From positions 1-45,351 of the IMG/VR virus record IMGVR_UViG_3300028384_000673: 45,351 nt of DNA; one strand, given 5' to 3'. The DNA comes from a virus. Below are positions 27,002 through 38,600 of the stretch, piece by piece (the first letter of the stretch is position 1; every line of letters begins with the position of its first letter). The notes below the pieces were generated by a model, which saw only the letters and a list, made by a program, of their open reading frames with translations, was not told where the DNA came from and did no database searches. The position numbers were made by a program, and so were the translations under genes.

Positions 27002-27229
27002 ATGGATAGTATCGAGCAACATATCGAAGAGGATAAGAAAATCCTTCAAGATCCCACCACAAATCCACAACAACGTCGTCACATCGAAGAAGAACTGCAC
27101 GAACTGGAAGTTTATGCAGAAAATCATAAAGAAGAAATCGAAAGTGGTGACCATCACGATCCAACCGCACTAGAACTGTATTGCGAAGTGGAACCAGGCG
27201 CACCTGAATGTAAGACGCACGACAACTGA
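27002..27229 (+). CDS. cp12: Calvin-cycle inhibitor CP12
   Basis: EEELHEL and C-terminal LELYCEVEPGAPECKTHDN; GGAGG RBS. Confidence 0.92.
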   Translation: MDSIEQHIEEDKKILQDPTTNPQQRRHIEEELHELEVYAENHKEEIESGDHHDPTALELYCEVEPGAPECKTHDN

Positions 27230-27230
27230 C

Positions 27231-27259
27231 TTGACAAGAGTCTTATAAATCATTATACT
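27231..27259 (+). promoter_or_regulatory. sigma70-like promoter
   Basis: TTGACA-17 nt-TATACT. Confidence 0.8.
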
Positions 27260-27295
27260 CAACACTGTCAGGGTTGAAAGGGCAGTCTCTTAGCT

Positions 27296-27901
27296 ATGAT
27301 TGGTGAATACATCGATATTGATGCCCCATTCTCTTTTATTGGTGGTGGTATAATGGAACCTGAGATCTGTGATGGTCTCATTGAGTTCTGGCACGACTGT
27401 GACTATTTGGAGAAGACTCCTGGTCACAGTGGTGGTGCTAATGGCGGTAAAGGTGGTGTTGATAAAACTATCAAAGATAGTATTGATATGACTATTCCTA
27501 GGTATCATAAAGATCCTAGGATTCTAAACTTCATCGACGGTCTTGGTGAAATCACACGTGAGTATGTCAATTATTGGCCTATGTTGCGTACGATTCACTG
27601 GGATCTGATGGAGGATTTTAATATGCAGTGGTATCCTCCTGGTGGTGGATTCCATATGATGCATTGTGAACGTAATAGCGCACATCCTGAGTGTGTACGA
27701 CGTGTCATGGCATGGATGACATACCTAAATGATATTGAGGAAGGTGGTGAAACTTTCTTCGATGTTCAGAACTGTAAGGTTAAACCAAAGAAAGGATTGA
27801 CTCTTATTTGGCCTGCTGACTGGACACATTTTCATAAAGGTATAGCAGCACCCAATGAAGAAAAGATTATTGTGACTGGTTGGTATGACCTCATTATTTG
27901 A
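27296..27901 (+). CDS. 2OG-Fe(II) oxygenase
   Basis: HCE, YLND..EGGET.F, WP..WTH.H.G, K. Confidence 0.9.
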   Translation: MIGEYIDIDAPFSFIGGGIMEPEICDGLIEFWHDCDYLEKTPGHSGGANGGKGGVDKTIKDSIDMTIPRYHKDPRILNFIDGLGEITREYVNYWPMLRTIHWDLMEDFNMQWYPPGGGFHMMHCERNSAHPECVRRVMAWMTYLNDIEEGGETFFDVQNCKVKPKKGLTLIWPADWTHFHKGIAAPNEEKIIVTGWYDLII

Positions 27902-28373
27902 AAGAATGATCCTGGGACATTATCGCAACAGGAGACAAGCATTTACTGATCCTAGTAAATGGCCTCAAATCAACATCTTGTATACCAAAATTGGTGAAAA
28001 TGTGTTAGAATTAAAGCAATGGTACAACTACGAATCAGAAGATAAACCATATCGACACTATCACGTCAACTGTGAATATATTGGTGGTGATACTGTTATT
28101 ACACATCCAATCAATCAAGAAACTGGTGAACCTGGGTGTGATCTTGAATGGGGTTACTTTGATGGTTGGTGGTTTGGTCAAATTAGAGGTGAATGTATCC
28201 TAAGAAACACAAAAGTAATTTCAGAGATTCAATTCAACGGTGACTTGTATATGTCTCGTGATACAGGATATGACATTGAAACAGGTAAGTTCTCTTGGGG
28301 TAAAGAACCAGAAGAGGGTTTATTTGAATTTGACCGACTAAATAATGGAAGGCAACTAGACTTTACACTTTAA
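27885..28373 (+). CDS. cpeT: phycobiliprotein lyase, T-type
   Basis: N..QAF..P, PYR, SRDTGYD..TGK..WG, FEF. Confidence 0.85.
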   Translation: MTSLFERMILGHYRNRRQAFTDPSKWPQINILYTKIGENVLELKQWYNYESEDKPYRHYHVNCEYIGGDTVITHPINQETGEPGCDLEWGYFDGWWFGQIRGECILRNTKVISEIQFNGDLYMSRDTGYDIETGKFSWGKEPEEGLFEFDRLNNGRQLDFTL

Positions 28374-28375
28374 TA

Positions 28376-30961
28376 ATGTCACTCGGAACAAAGACAGATT
28401 TTGCTGGCAGAGATGGATTTCACTGGTGGATTGGTGAAGTAGAGGATCATATGGATCCTGCCCAACTGGGTAGAGTCAAGGTTCGTATTATTGGTTGGTA
28501 TACTGATAGTAAGACTCGTGAAGATGGATCTGGTAGTTATCTACAAACGTTGCCAACGGAGATGTTACCTTGGGCAACTGTTCTGCTGCCTACTGATAAA
28601 CCCCAGACAAAGAACGCTGGTACAACAACTGAACTACAACCTGGTGCTCAGGTTCTTGGATTCTTCCTTGATGGTGAAGAAGCACAGTTGCCTTGTGTGA
28701 TGGGTTCTTTCCGTTCTTTCCGTAAACCTGAGGGCAATCCTTCTGGTCAGGATAGTCGTGGATCAGATAATGAAATGTCACGCACAATGGTGGCAGATCC
28801 GAAGATAGCGAACGAGAACGCTACTGACACCGCAACACAGAAGAGTTATAATAACGAACCTGCACTTGGTGGTCACCCCTTTGCGAAATCGCAGGGTCAA
28901 ACTCCTGGTAGTATTACTGGCGGTGAAGAAGCATCTCGTGGTGCTGTTAGTAGAGCAGAAGTAGAAACACCATTTAACGTCTTTACTAATCCTATTGGTG
29001 TGCCTTCCATGGAAGGTGGTATCGCTAATGGTTTCAAGGGTCCTTTGGATGATGGATTCATGAAGGACTTGAAGCGTATGCTTACTGAAATGGGAATGGC
29101 AGTTGGTAGTGTTGCTAAGAGTAGTGATGGCAACATGGTATCTGCTATTACTGGTCATGTAATTCAGGGAAAGGCAATCCTCAATCAACTGAGTAATCTT
29201 ACTAACTTCATTACTAATGCCATCTCTGGTATGCTTGCGCCATTCAAGGAATGGTTGGCACAGCAAATGCAACAGGCAATCGAGACTTTGATGGGTCTTG
29301 TGTCTAGTTTTGTTCCTCTGGTCATCGTCAAGAAGATCATGGACATCATCAACCAGATCATTTCTGAGATTTTCTGTGCTGAACCTCCTGGTTTCCTGAC
29401 AGCAATATCAGATATTATGGGGGATCTAGGAGGGTTCATGGATAGTATCATGGACTTTGTTTTAGATCAAATTGATAATATGATTGCTGGTGTTCTCGAC
29501 TTTGTTGAGAAGGCAATGTCTGGTATTCAAAGACAGATCTGTAAAGCACTTAACAAGTTCAACAAGATTGCTGATATAGTTTTGGGTGCATTGAATACTT
29601 TCAAGCAAGCAGGTAAGGCGATTGAAGATCTCAAAAATATGAAAGAGATCTTCCAACTGAACTTCTCTGCTCTGAACTGGGGTTCTGTTCTTGATATTAT
29701 CGCTGCTATTGTTGGTATTATTGCTGGTTTTGTTAAGTGTGGAAGGAAAGTACGAGAACCAAGATCTAAGGGGTGGTTACCACTATTAGGGACCACAGAA
29801 TGTAGTAATATCGGTGATGCTCTGGGTGGTCCTGGTGGTGGTGACTATGGAGATTGTGGATCAGATTCTTTTGGTGGATCGGCAGGTGGCAATATCTTTG
29901 ATTCTTACTTCCAAGAGATGAACCCATTCTTGATGCAGACTCAGCAGTTCTTGAATGGTGCAAGAGATATTGATGATGCAACTCCTGGTAAAGAAAAGCG
30001 TGTCCGTTCTGGTCCTGGTGGTGTTACTACATTTGAAGATAAGCGTGGTAACCAACACAAGAACGTTCCCAATAATGAAACTGCTATCTATGGTCGTGAT
30101 CTAGTACAGAATGTTAAGAATAATCTTGTTCATACTATCGAGGGTGATTACTATCTGAAAGTGATGGGTGACTTCCATCTTGAAGTTGCTGGTTCTGTTA
30201 ATGAGCACACATCTAATGGTCCTAGTGCAAAAGCAGAAGCAAAAGGTGGAAAGAAAGGTTTCTTTGGTGGAAAGAGCGATAAGTGGTTAGATCAAACTAT
30301 TAGTTCTGCACTGAAATCTGCTGGTGGTGGTAAGAACTTTAATGTTAAGACTGGTCAGAAAGAAGCAAAATCTGCCCAAACCAAAGCAGGTGACCATGAT
30401 ATTTCCTATCAGGGTGACATCACTATCCAGGGTTCACGTATTGAATTGAAAGGTATCAATGCTATCAATATTGACGCACCTGAGGTTAATACTAGTGCTA
30501 ACGCTATTTCTCTGAAAGCAACTGGTGAGATCATTAACGAAGCAAACTGGATCACATCTTTCCTTGCATGTGGTAGATTTGACATCGTTGGTATCTTCTC
30601 CTCTGCTCTTACTAGTGCTGTTACAGGTCAGTACAGTTTGGTGAAAGGTGCTATTGTGGATGTGGCAATGGACTTGCCTTTTCCTGGTCCGACCCCCGCA
30701 TCTCAGATCCGTATGACTGTTGGTCAAAATAGTCCTTCCGCCATGGCAGACATCGTTACTGGTGGATCTCCTGGTGCTCACATGACCATGGTAGCCACTT
30801 CAACAGGTGGCATCGGTGAGATTGTCACGGGCGGACAAGGTGCTATTATTAATCAGGTGACGACTGGTCTCGTATCCTATGGTGTGGGTACTGGTCTCGC
30901 TGCTCTGGGTTCGGGTCTCGGTCCAACTCAGATTTATGGTCTCCCTGTGATGCTCAACTAA
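28376..30961 (+). CDS. gp5: baseplate hub/spike protein (no lysozyme domain evident)
   Basis: WWIGEVE..DP..LGRVKVRI.G, LPWA, GFFLDG...QLP OB-fold; later beta-helix-type repeats. Confidence 0.85.
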   Translation: MSLGTKTDFAGRDGFHWWIGEVEDHMDPAQLGRVKVRIIGWYTDSKTREDGSGSYLQTLPTEMLPWATVLLPTDKPQTKNAGTTTELQPGAQVLGFFLDGEEAQLPCVMGSFRSFRKPEGNPSGQDSRGSDNEMSRTMVADPKIANENATDTATQKSYNNEPALGGHPFAKSQGQTPGSITGGEEASRGAVSRAEVETPFNVFTNPIGVPSMEGGIANGFKGPLDDGFMKDLKRMLTEMGMAVGSVAKSSDGNMVSAITGHVIQGKAILNQLSNLTNFITNAISGMLAPFKEWLAQQMQQAIETLMGLVSSFVPLVIVKKIMDIINQIISEIFCAEPPGFLTAISDIMGDLGGFMDSIMDFVLDQIDNMIAGVLDFVEKAMSGIQRQICKALNKFNKIADIVLGALNTFKQAGKAIEDLKNMKEIFQLNFSALNWGSVLDIIAAIVGIIAGFVKCGRKVREPRSKGWLPLLGTTECSNIGDALGGPGGGDYGDCGSDSFGGSAGGNIFDSYFQEMNPFLMQTQQFLNGARDIDDATPGKEKRVRSGPGGVTTFEDKRGNQHKNVPNNETAIYGRDLVQNVKNNLVHTIEGDYYLKVMGDFHLEVAGSVNEHTSNGPSAKAEAKGGKKGFFGGKSDKWLDQTISSALKSAGGGKNFNVKTGQKEAKSAQTKAGDHDISYQGDITIQGSRIELKGINAINIDAPEVNTSANAISLKATGEIINEANWITSFLACGRFDIVGIFSSALTSAVTGQYSLVKGAIVDVAMDLPFPGPTPASQIRMTVGQNSPSAMADIVTGGSPGAHMTMVATSTGGIGEIVTGGQGAIINQVTTGLVSYGVGTGLAALGSGLGPTQIYGLPVMLN

Positions 30962-31149
30962 TGGATCAATTCGTCGATCACGCCTTCTTCCACTTCAACG
31001 ATCGTCGTATCGTTATTCAGGATGAAGATGGTTATACTGAGACAGTTCAGTTTGAATTTAGTGAAGATGGTGCTGAGGGATTTCAGTCCATCGTTGAACT
31101 CCTTCAAGACAAACTGGACTCTGACCAACGTACTTACTGCTTTGACTAA
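30961..31149 (+). CDS. hypothetical protein
   Basis: TAATG coupling at both ends. Confidence 0.65.
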   Translation: MDQFVDHAFFHFNDRRIVIQDEDGYTETVQFEFSEDGAEGFQSIVELLQDKLDSDQRTYCFD

Positions 31150-31424
31150 TGACTGGTATTATTGAATTGAAAATTGAAGAAGTTCAGGACAATCTTGAAT
31201 TTTGCTTGACTCTCTGTGAAAGAGGTCATACAATTAAAATCGTCCAGGAAGGAAAACCCTCTGTTCTTATGGTTCCAGTTCCTGAATATGTCAATAAGTA
31301 TGCAGCAGCAAATGGGGAATTGCCTGATTTGCCTATGCCAAACGATTGGCAACCAGATCCAGTAGGAGTAAAACAGTATGTCACAGAAGAACTCAGCACC
31401 ATGCAGGAAGAACTTAACAGTTGA
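31149..31424 (+). CDS. Phd/YefM antitoxin-like protein
   Basis: IEEVQDNL...L.ERGHTIKIVQEGKPSVLMVP fits the Phd N-domain pattern. Confidence 0.5.
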   Translation: MTGIIELKIEEVQDNLEFCLTLCERGHTIKIVQEGKPSVLMVPVPEYVNKYAAANGELPDLPMPNDWQPDPVGVKQYVTEELSTMQEELNS

Positions 31425-31593
31425 CATCAAACTGTGGTATTCTGAAATAGATTGTAACTGGCATGGTACATTGTTAGGTTATGAAGACACTTCACACCTA
31501 CATAGTATTAAGTCAGATACTGTCAAGGGTGTTTTGACTCAATGCCAAGAGAGAATTTCCGCAATGATGGAACATGAAGCTAAGAGTAACTAA
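31378..31593 (+). CDS. hypothetical protein (weakly HicB-N-like)
   Basis: IKLWYSE...W.GTL; start uncertain. Confidence 0.5.
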   Translation: MSQKNSAPCRKNLTVDIKLWYSEIDCNWHGTLLGYEDTSHLHSIKSDTVKGVLTQCQERISAMMEHEAKSN

Positions 31594-31840
31594 TCAGTAT
31601 TGCTTCTTAGAAGAGGTAGGCATTGTCAAAGCGTTCTTAATTGCTGGTGTACCATTCACATTCGAGGATGAGGGATTCGATCCTACGGATGCTGAGGTTA
31701 TTGCAGCAGCAAATTGTAATCCAAGAATAACGATGGAAGACCTCTATCGTTACTCTAACTATTTGATTCTGGAAGAAGCACATCCCGTGCTTTTTAATAT
31801 GGAAAATCTAATTGAAAACTATCAAGATGTCCCAGACTAA
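31574..31840 (+). CDS. hypothetical protein
   Basis: overlapping co-directional ORF; GVPFTF, YL..EE.HP. Confidence 0.65.
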   Translation: MKLRVTNQYCFLEEVGIVKAFLIAGVPFTFEDEGFDPTDAEVIAAANCNPRITMEDLYRYSNYLILEEAHPVLFNMENLIENYQDVPD

Positions 31841-32060
31841 ACCATTCTTTACTGAACCTGACAAGACTTACGCTCAGCAGCGTAAGGGACGTATGCAGGA
31901 TGCTATCGATGATTACCTCCAAGATGACAAAGTATCAGCACGAGAAGCATATGAAGAGATGATCTCCTGCATTAACGATGTAATTAAGTATCATGAGGAA
32001 GGAGCTACTCGTGCTCGAAATCTTCGTTCTTTAATCTTTGGTGAACGTCCCGTGTTATAA
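31827..32060 (+). CDS. hypothetical protein
   Basis: RMQDAIDDYLQD; ends at a late promoter. Confidence 0.6.
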   Translation: MSQTKPFFTEPDKTYAQQRKGRMQDAIDDYLQDDKVSAREAYEEMISCINDVIKYHEEGATRARNLRSLIFGERPVL

Positions 32061-32063
32061 ATA
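32056..32063 (+). promoter_or_regulatory. late promoter
   Basis: TATAAATA. Confidence 0.7.
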
Positions 32064-32091
32064 ACAGGGAACAACAGCACCCTTGTGAATA

Positions 32092-33426
32092 GTGGGAACC
32101 AAAAGAATATCACAACTTGAAACGGTTGCTGACGCACTGGTAACGGGCGAGGCAGTATTGCCTATCGTTATCTCTGACCCGTTGATCCCGAATAGAAAAG
32201 CAAAGGTTAACCAACTTTTTCGTTCGGTATCAGCAGGTAGTGCAGCAGCGCCAGGACTAGCTTTCAATTTGGACCGTGACACTGGACTATATCAGAGTGC
32301 GGTTGATGAAATTGGATTGACGTTTGGTACTGCCTCACTGTATAATACAAGGCAAGCAAACAATGATGGTTCTGCCACTCTTGAAATTCGTGCTATTGAC
32401 ACTGCGTCCGCTAATGCTAACGTAGAGATTACTCCTCAGGGTAGTGGTTACTTCACTGTTGATGGTACTACAATCTTTACTGATAACACCTTCTTCTTCC
32501 AGGATGATCAAAACTCTGGAAAGAGGGTGTTCTTTAATGTAGGTACTATCTCTACTTCTGGTGGTACGAAGCGTTTTGACTTCCCTAATTTGGGTGTAAA
32601 CACTTCCACCACGTTCCTTGCAACGGATACCAACCAGACGATTACTAATAAAACTATCATTATCAAAGATAGTGATTTTAGTATTACTGGTTCTACTAAC
32701 GCTGCAAAGATTGCAAAGTTTGAGTGTGACGCATGGGATGCTCCTGGTCTCCATACTTATAGATTGCCTGACTTTGGCGCTGGTCAAACTCAGTCTACAA
32801 TTCTGGACGACATCAGCGAACAGAATGTGTATAATAAGAACATGGTTAACCCCACGTTCTCTAATACACCCTCTACCGATGAGAATAATCCCACTCGTTT
32901 TGTTATCTTCGATTCATCTGAACTGACTCAGGACAGAACTGTTACCTTCCCTGACTTGAATGTCAAGATTGTTGGTGAAGCAGCAACTCAGGTCCTGACT
33001 AACAAGACCATTGAAGGTCTGATTCTGGGTGATACTACTGACAGCAGTAAGAAGATTACTTTTGAACTTAGTAATCTCAATACTAATACTAATCTTAACT
33101 ATACTTTCCCAGGTGGTAGTGTTACTGCCCCTCTAAATAATGGTACGAGCACAAATGTGCTGGTGACAGAGCGAGCAACTCAAACAGTTGCTTATAAAAC
33201 TCTTGAATATGTAAGCATCAACAACCCTGATAATGTCAACGGTATTATCAACATCGATGCGACGAACATTACTGAGTCAGTGAACATTCAGTTCCCTGAT
33301 GGTGATGCAACCCTTCTCTCTACTAACAACATCGACGCGGTGGGTGTTAGCTTTGGTGGTCCGATTGCGGCACCAACTCTCGGAGGTAGACTCCGACTCC
33401 AATCGTATTTCCAGGCAGGATGGTAA
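32092..33426 (+). CDS. tail fibre/virion structural protein
   Basis: KRISQL N-terminus, PGLAF..D.DTGLY, repeated FPD...TQ.LTNKT. Confidence 0.75.
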   Translation: MGTKRISQLETVADALVTGEAVLPIVISDPLIPNRKAKVNQLFRSVSAGSAAAPGLAFNLDRDTGLYQSAVDEIGLTFGTASLYNTRQANNDGSATLEIRAIDTASANANVEITPQGSGYFTVDGTTIFTDNTFFFQDDQNSGKRVFFNVGTISTSGGTKRFDFPNLGVNTSTTFLATDTNQTITNKTIIIKDSDFSITGSTNAAKIAKFECDAWDAPGLHTYRLPDFGAGQTQSTILDDISEQNVYNKNMVNPTFSNTPSTDENNPTRFVIFDSSELTQDRTVTFPDLNVKIVGEAATQVLTNKTIEGLILGDTTDSSKKITFELSNLNTNTNLNYTFPGGSVTAPLNNGTSTNVLVTERATQTVAYKTLEYVSINNPDNVNGIINIDATNITESVNIQFPDGDATLLSTNNIDAVGVSFGGPIAAPTLGGRLRLQSYFQAGW

Positions 33427-33433
33427 TTAACAA

Positions 33434-35644
33434 ATGACAGCAGGAAGACTCGCCGCTGCAAAACCAGGGGCAACAACCAACACTTCTCTTTATCGATGCA
33501 ATATCGATAACACTGCATCGGCAGTGCTAACCGCTACGAACCAGGGTGGTAGTGCTACAACTTATCGTGCTGCCGTAAGAAATTACGATCAGATTCTCAC
33601 CATGAATGGTGATGAACCTAGTACTCTTGAATTTACCAAGGGAAATCCGATCTCAAACTATAAGTTAAAGATCGCTCCTGGTATTTCCTTTGCAGATTCT
33701 ACCCCTGGTGCTGATATTACATCAACCTCAGGTGCAACTGCTAAACTTCTTGATGTATTCAAGGACACCGCTAATATCACTCGTTATGTTCAAGTTGATA
33801 AAGTTCTCAGTACTGAAACTAACGTAGATAACCTTATTGGTTTGTTTGAAATTGGTGAAACTGTTACTGGTGGTACTTCTAGTTTCACTGGCACTGTTCG
33901 TTCTTTCGATAACACTACTGGTACTCTGAATATGAGTATCGCTGATGTTAGCAACTCCGCCACTTCCATCAAGGTTTCTAGAAACACTGGTCTGGCGATT
34001 GCAACTAAATTGTTTATTTCGGATGATCCTACTGCAACTGGCACCGAAATTATTCAGATCGATCCTTCTGGTATTGACACGGCAACTAACACTCTGACTG
34101 TTACTCGTGGTGTTCATGGCACTACTGCATCTGCTATTCCTGCTGGTGCATATGCTAAGTCTTTTATTGAGTCTGCTACCAGTTCTACTATCAACGAAGG
34201 TGCAACCTTTGCTGCTGCTGACCTCACGCTGACTCTGACTGATGCTACTGGTTTCCTTGAAGGATCTTATGTTCTGATTGGTAACGAGATTGCTGGTATC
34301 AATGCTGTTGCTGGTAACGACATCACCATTGATCGTGGTCGTTATGGTACTTCTGCTGTTGACCACTCTGATGGTACTACTGTCACTCAACTGACTGATT
34401 CTGGTGACTATTATCTGAACTTCTTTACTGAGTTGGAAACCATCACTGGTGGTACTTCTAATGCTCAGATCAGCATGAACTTCACCCAGGGTGCTGATCC
34501 TGTTCCTAACCAGGATCGTTTCATTATTAGCACCTCTTCCAGTGGTCCTTTTGAGTTTCCTCTTGCAGGTGCAACTATTGCTGGTCTTGATAACGAAAGA
34601 ACTTATATCTATGATCAGTCCCATGTTTCAAACACTGGACATACTCTGCGTCTTTCGGAAGAAGAAGATGGCACCCAGGGTTTGACTGGTGTTGAATATA
34701 CAACTGGTGTTACCAAGACTGGTACTGCTGGAAGTAATGGTTTGATTCAGATTGACATCACTGATAGCACTCCTCTGAGTCTTAACATTTATGCAGAACC
34801 TGCTGTTGCCAACACCGCTGACGGTAATGCTGGTTTTGGTCATGCACTAGAAACCTCACTGGATCCTGAATACCAAGAAATCTTTATCTATAAGTTGGGT
34901 GGTGAAGGATTTGCTGCTGCTGATACTTTTGATCTTGCTGGTGTAACTTACACCGTACAAACTAATGGTGTTACTGCTGGTTCTTACGGTTATGTTCATG
35001 ACTGGGATGCAACACGCAATGTGTTGAAGGTTTCTCTTGATGTTGGATCTCCTGCTTTCGCAGTTGGTGATACTTTCTATGACACTCCGACCCGTGCTAA
35101 CGAGAATCGTTACATGGCAGAAGTTGTAACTGGTAAGATTCTTGCCATTGATACTGTTGGCGCTGCTGATGCATCTCGTAGTGCTGGAACCTACGATGTA
35201 TCTCCTACTGGCGGTAGTGGATCTGGTGCTAAGGTACAGATTGTTGTTGATGGTTCTGGTGATGCTACTGTTACTTTGGTTAATGGTGGTAAGGACTATG
35301 CTGATGGTGAGACTCTGACAGCAACTGATGCTGTTCTTGGTGGTGGTGGTGGTGCAAACCTTACCTTCGCTGTTGATGGTATTGGTACTGGTGATAAAGC
35401 AGGCGCAACTGCTACAACTTATGCTAATGCAGAGGACTTTATCCACTATGATACTGCCCTTGCTGCTAACACCCTAGATAGAACAACGGGTATTGTTGTT
35501 GGTCCTGGTCAGAATGTTCTGGTTTACAGCGGTAGTGCTGATGTTTCATATTCCGTGAGTGGGTTTGAATCTGCATCAGATGATTACACCATTATTCTGA
35601 ACACCAAGTCATCTGATGATGGCGGCGGCGGTGTTACCCCATAA
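33434..35644 (+). CDS. virion structural protein
   Basis: Thr/Gly-rich; VTRG..GT.A repeats; GGSGSGA...NGG.DY. Confidence 0.75.
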   Translation: MTAGRLAAAKPGATTNTSLYRCNIDNTASAVLTATNQGGSATTYRAAVRNYDQILTMNGDEPSTLEFTKGNPISNYKLKIAPGISFADSTPGADITSTSGATAKLLDVFKDTANITRYVQVDKVLSTETNVDNLIGLFEIGETVTGGTSSFTGTVRSFDNTTGTLNMSIADVSNSATSIKVSRNTGLAIATKLFISDDPTATGTEIIQIDPSGIDTATNTLTVTRGVHGTTASAIPAGAYAKSFIESATSSTINEGATFAAADLTLTLTDATGFLEGSYVLIGNEIAGINAVAGNDITIDRGRYGTSAVDHSDGTTVTQLTDSGDYYLNFFTELETITGGTSNAQISMNFTQGADPVPNQDRFIISTSSSGPFEFPLAGATIAGLDNERTYIYDQSHVSNTGHTLRLSEEEDGTQGLTGVEYTTGVTKTGTAGSNGLIQIDITDSTPLSLNIYAEPAVANTADGNAGFGHALETSLDPEYQEIFIYKLGGEGFAAADTFDLAGVTYTVQTNGVTAGSYGYVHDWDATRNVLKVSLDVGSPAFAVGDTFYDTPTRANENRYMAEVVTGKILAIDTVGAADASRSAGTYDVSPTGGSGSGAKVQIVVDGSGDATVTLVNGGKDYADGETLTATDAVLGGGGGANLTFAVDGIGTGDKAGATATTYANAEDFIHYDTALAANTLDRTTGIVVGPGQNVLVYSGSADVSYSVSGFESASDDYTIILNTKSSDDGGGGVTP

Positions 35645-35674
35645 TAAATACAGGTATAAGAGGCAACCAAGTAA

Positions 35675-38600
35675 ATGGCACTTACTCGTCTTAAAAATAT
35701 CATCACGTCGAGAACGGGACGTATTATCTACGTTAACCCTGACGACTTTGATGCATCGGACGCATATGACAATAGAGGTAACTCGGCACTGCGTCCGTTC
35801 AAGACGTTGCAACGTGCTTTCCTTGAAGTAGCAAGGTTCTCCTATCGAGTGGGTCTGTCGAATGACGAATTCGACGCCTTCTCGATTTACTTGTATCCGT
35901 CTGAATATGTTCTGGATAATCGTCCTGGTGTAACAGACTACAATGATGTGCAACCATTTGATGCTAATACTAACTTTGATCTAACTAGTAGTAGCAATGT
36001 TCTTTATAAATTTAATTCAACTCGTGGTGGCATTATTGTCCCTCGTGGTGCTTCTGTTGTTGGTTCGGACCTACGTCGAACCAAGTTCATTCCAAAATAC
36101 GTCCCTTATCCCACAGTACAGGGTTCGCTCGGTATTACTGCTGCTAACGAACCTGGTCCTACTGCTATGTTTAGGTTGACTGGTGGTTGCTATTTTTGGC
36201 AGGCATCTTTCTTCGACGGCGATACCAACGGTGTATATTATCGTGGTGACGATAATGCTACTATTGCACCTAACTTCTCTCACCATAAGATTACTTGTTT
36301 TGAGTATGCTAACCCCGAAGATCTAAATCTGTACTACCAGAAGATCTCGAAAGCATATGCTACGATTCCTGATTCCTCTGGTGTTATTGCACAGGACCAG
36401 TTGCAGGCACGAGTCGAAGAAAATAGAATTGTGGGTCCGATTTCGGACGAATTTGCTGTATCGCAGATTATTAGAAATGGACAAACTGCAACAGCATTTA
36501 CGGTCGATGAACTTGGTAACCCGAAGAATCATGGATTCTCCGTGGGTGTCGCTGTTAATATTTCTGGCGTTACTGGTCCTACTGAGCAGGATCAATTACT
36601 CTATAATGGATCATTCCTGGTAACATCTGCACAGGGTAACCAGTTTACTTATCAGATGAGTTCTGAACCATCGGGTAATGCAATCGGTTCTAACATCCTG
36701 GTGAAGGTTGAAATTGACACGGTTGACTCTGCGTCACCATATGTGTTTAACATGTCCCTACGTTCTGTGTGGGGTATCAATGGTATGCACGCCGATGGTT
36801 CCCAGGCAACTGGTTTCAAATCAATGGTGGTTGCACAGTTCACGGGTATCTCTCTACAAAAAGATGACCGTGCATTTGTGATCTATAACCAATCAACTGG
36901 ACAATATGAACCTCAGGCAGCAGGTTCAGGTGCCCACATTAACGGTCTTGCTGAATACCGTAGGGGGTGGAGACATGCTCACATTAAAGCATCTAATGAT
37001 TCGTTCATTCAGGTGGTGTCCGTGTTCGCTGTGGGATTCGGTGATCACTTCTTCTCTGATAGTGGTGGTGACCTCTCAATTACGAACTCTAACTCAAACT
37101 TTGGTAACACCTCACTGAGATCCAAAGGATTCAAATCAGCATCTTTTACTAAGGATAAGGCGGGTCAAATCACTCACGTTATTCCTCCTAAGTCTCTGTC
37201 AGATGTAGAAGAAATCTCTATCAACTGGGTGACTATTGATATTACTGCAACTAAGGCAGAAGCAGATCAGGCAAGACTGTATCTGTATGGATATACTGCC
37301 GAAGCAGGTAGACCGCCTAGTAAGATTCAGGGTTACACTATTGGCGCAAGACGTGATGATGTCAATACTCCTGATAAGATCTATGTTGCACTTGTTGCGT
37401 CTGGTGCATCTGAACCCACTACACACTACGCAAACATCTCACCTTCTGGTCCCGATGTTACTGGAACCAGAGCAGGTGCTGATGAAAGCCCACTGAAATG
37501 GGATAGTAATCGTGGTCAGTGGTATTTGCAAGTTGATAGTGGTAACAACACTATCTACACTACACTGCAAGCGAACTCCCTGTATAATAACCTGGGATTC
37601 ACACCCACTACGTTCATCAGACGTGTGCCCGATGCTCGTGACCTGAATGATAGAACTTATCGTTTCAGATATGTACTGGACAAGGATGCTTTCCCTGTTC
37701 CTCGTCCTCCCATTACTGGTTTCGTTCTGCAACCCAGATCATCCGAAACTAACTCACCTTCATATTCAAAGACTTACTATGTGTATGATGTAGAGACTTA
37801 TCAGACATTTGAACGTGGTGTTACTGATGGTGTTTATTATCTGACAGTTTTGTCTGCATCAGTATCACCTGCTGCACAGAACTTCAATGACTTTGAGTTC
37901 TCTCAGCAGACTGTTGACATCTATCCTGCATTTGACAGAGATAACCCTGTTGCTGACCCTGCTGCTGCCGTATCTGTGGCAGACAATGAAACTCTGGGTC
38001 TGGTTAGAACTACTGATGGTGCATCACCCACTCCTAATGAAGACACTCAGTTGTCTATTACTAAGGAGACTGCACAGTTCTTCCTTCAAGAGAATGAGAA
38101 CAACTTAGGTTATACAACTACCACCAATACTTTGACTGGTATTGTTGTTACTGCACGTCTTGGTGATGAGGAAGAGCGTAAGATTCCTTTGCAACTTAAC
38201 CCTGATAGTTCTGTTGCTCCTCTGGCAATCGAACTGAGAAGATATTCTATTCTTCGTGCATCTGGTCACACGTTTGAGTATCTTGGTTTCGGTCCTGGTA
38301 ACTATTCAACTGCGTTCCCATCTACTCAGGTGGAAGTGCTCAAACCTGAACAGGTTAGACTGTCTCAGTCACTCAAAGAAGCAGCAGGTGTTGCATACTA
38401 CTCTGGTGTGAACTCTGATGGTGAACTGTTCGTTGGTAACCAGGTGATTAACCCTGTTACGGGTCAGATCACTAACGAAGATATTGCACAGTTGAATGTG
38501 TTGGGTGAAGAAGGTACAACGATTGAGACATTCTCTGAACTGGTGTTGACTGATAAACTGACTGTTATCGGTGGTGCATCTAACCAGTTGGAATCAGTCT

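Noticed and set aside
33728-34624. 298-aa antisense ORF (and similar ones at 20781-21467 and 34856-35446)
   Set aside because: Ser/Thr-rich or low-information mirrors of the structural genes on the plus strand.
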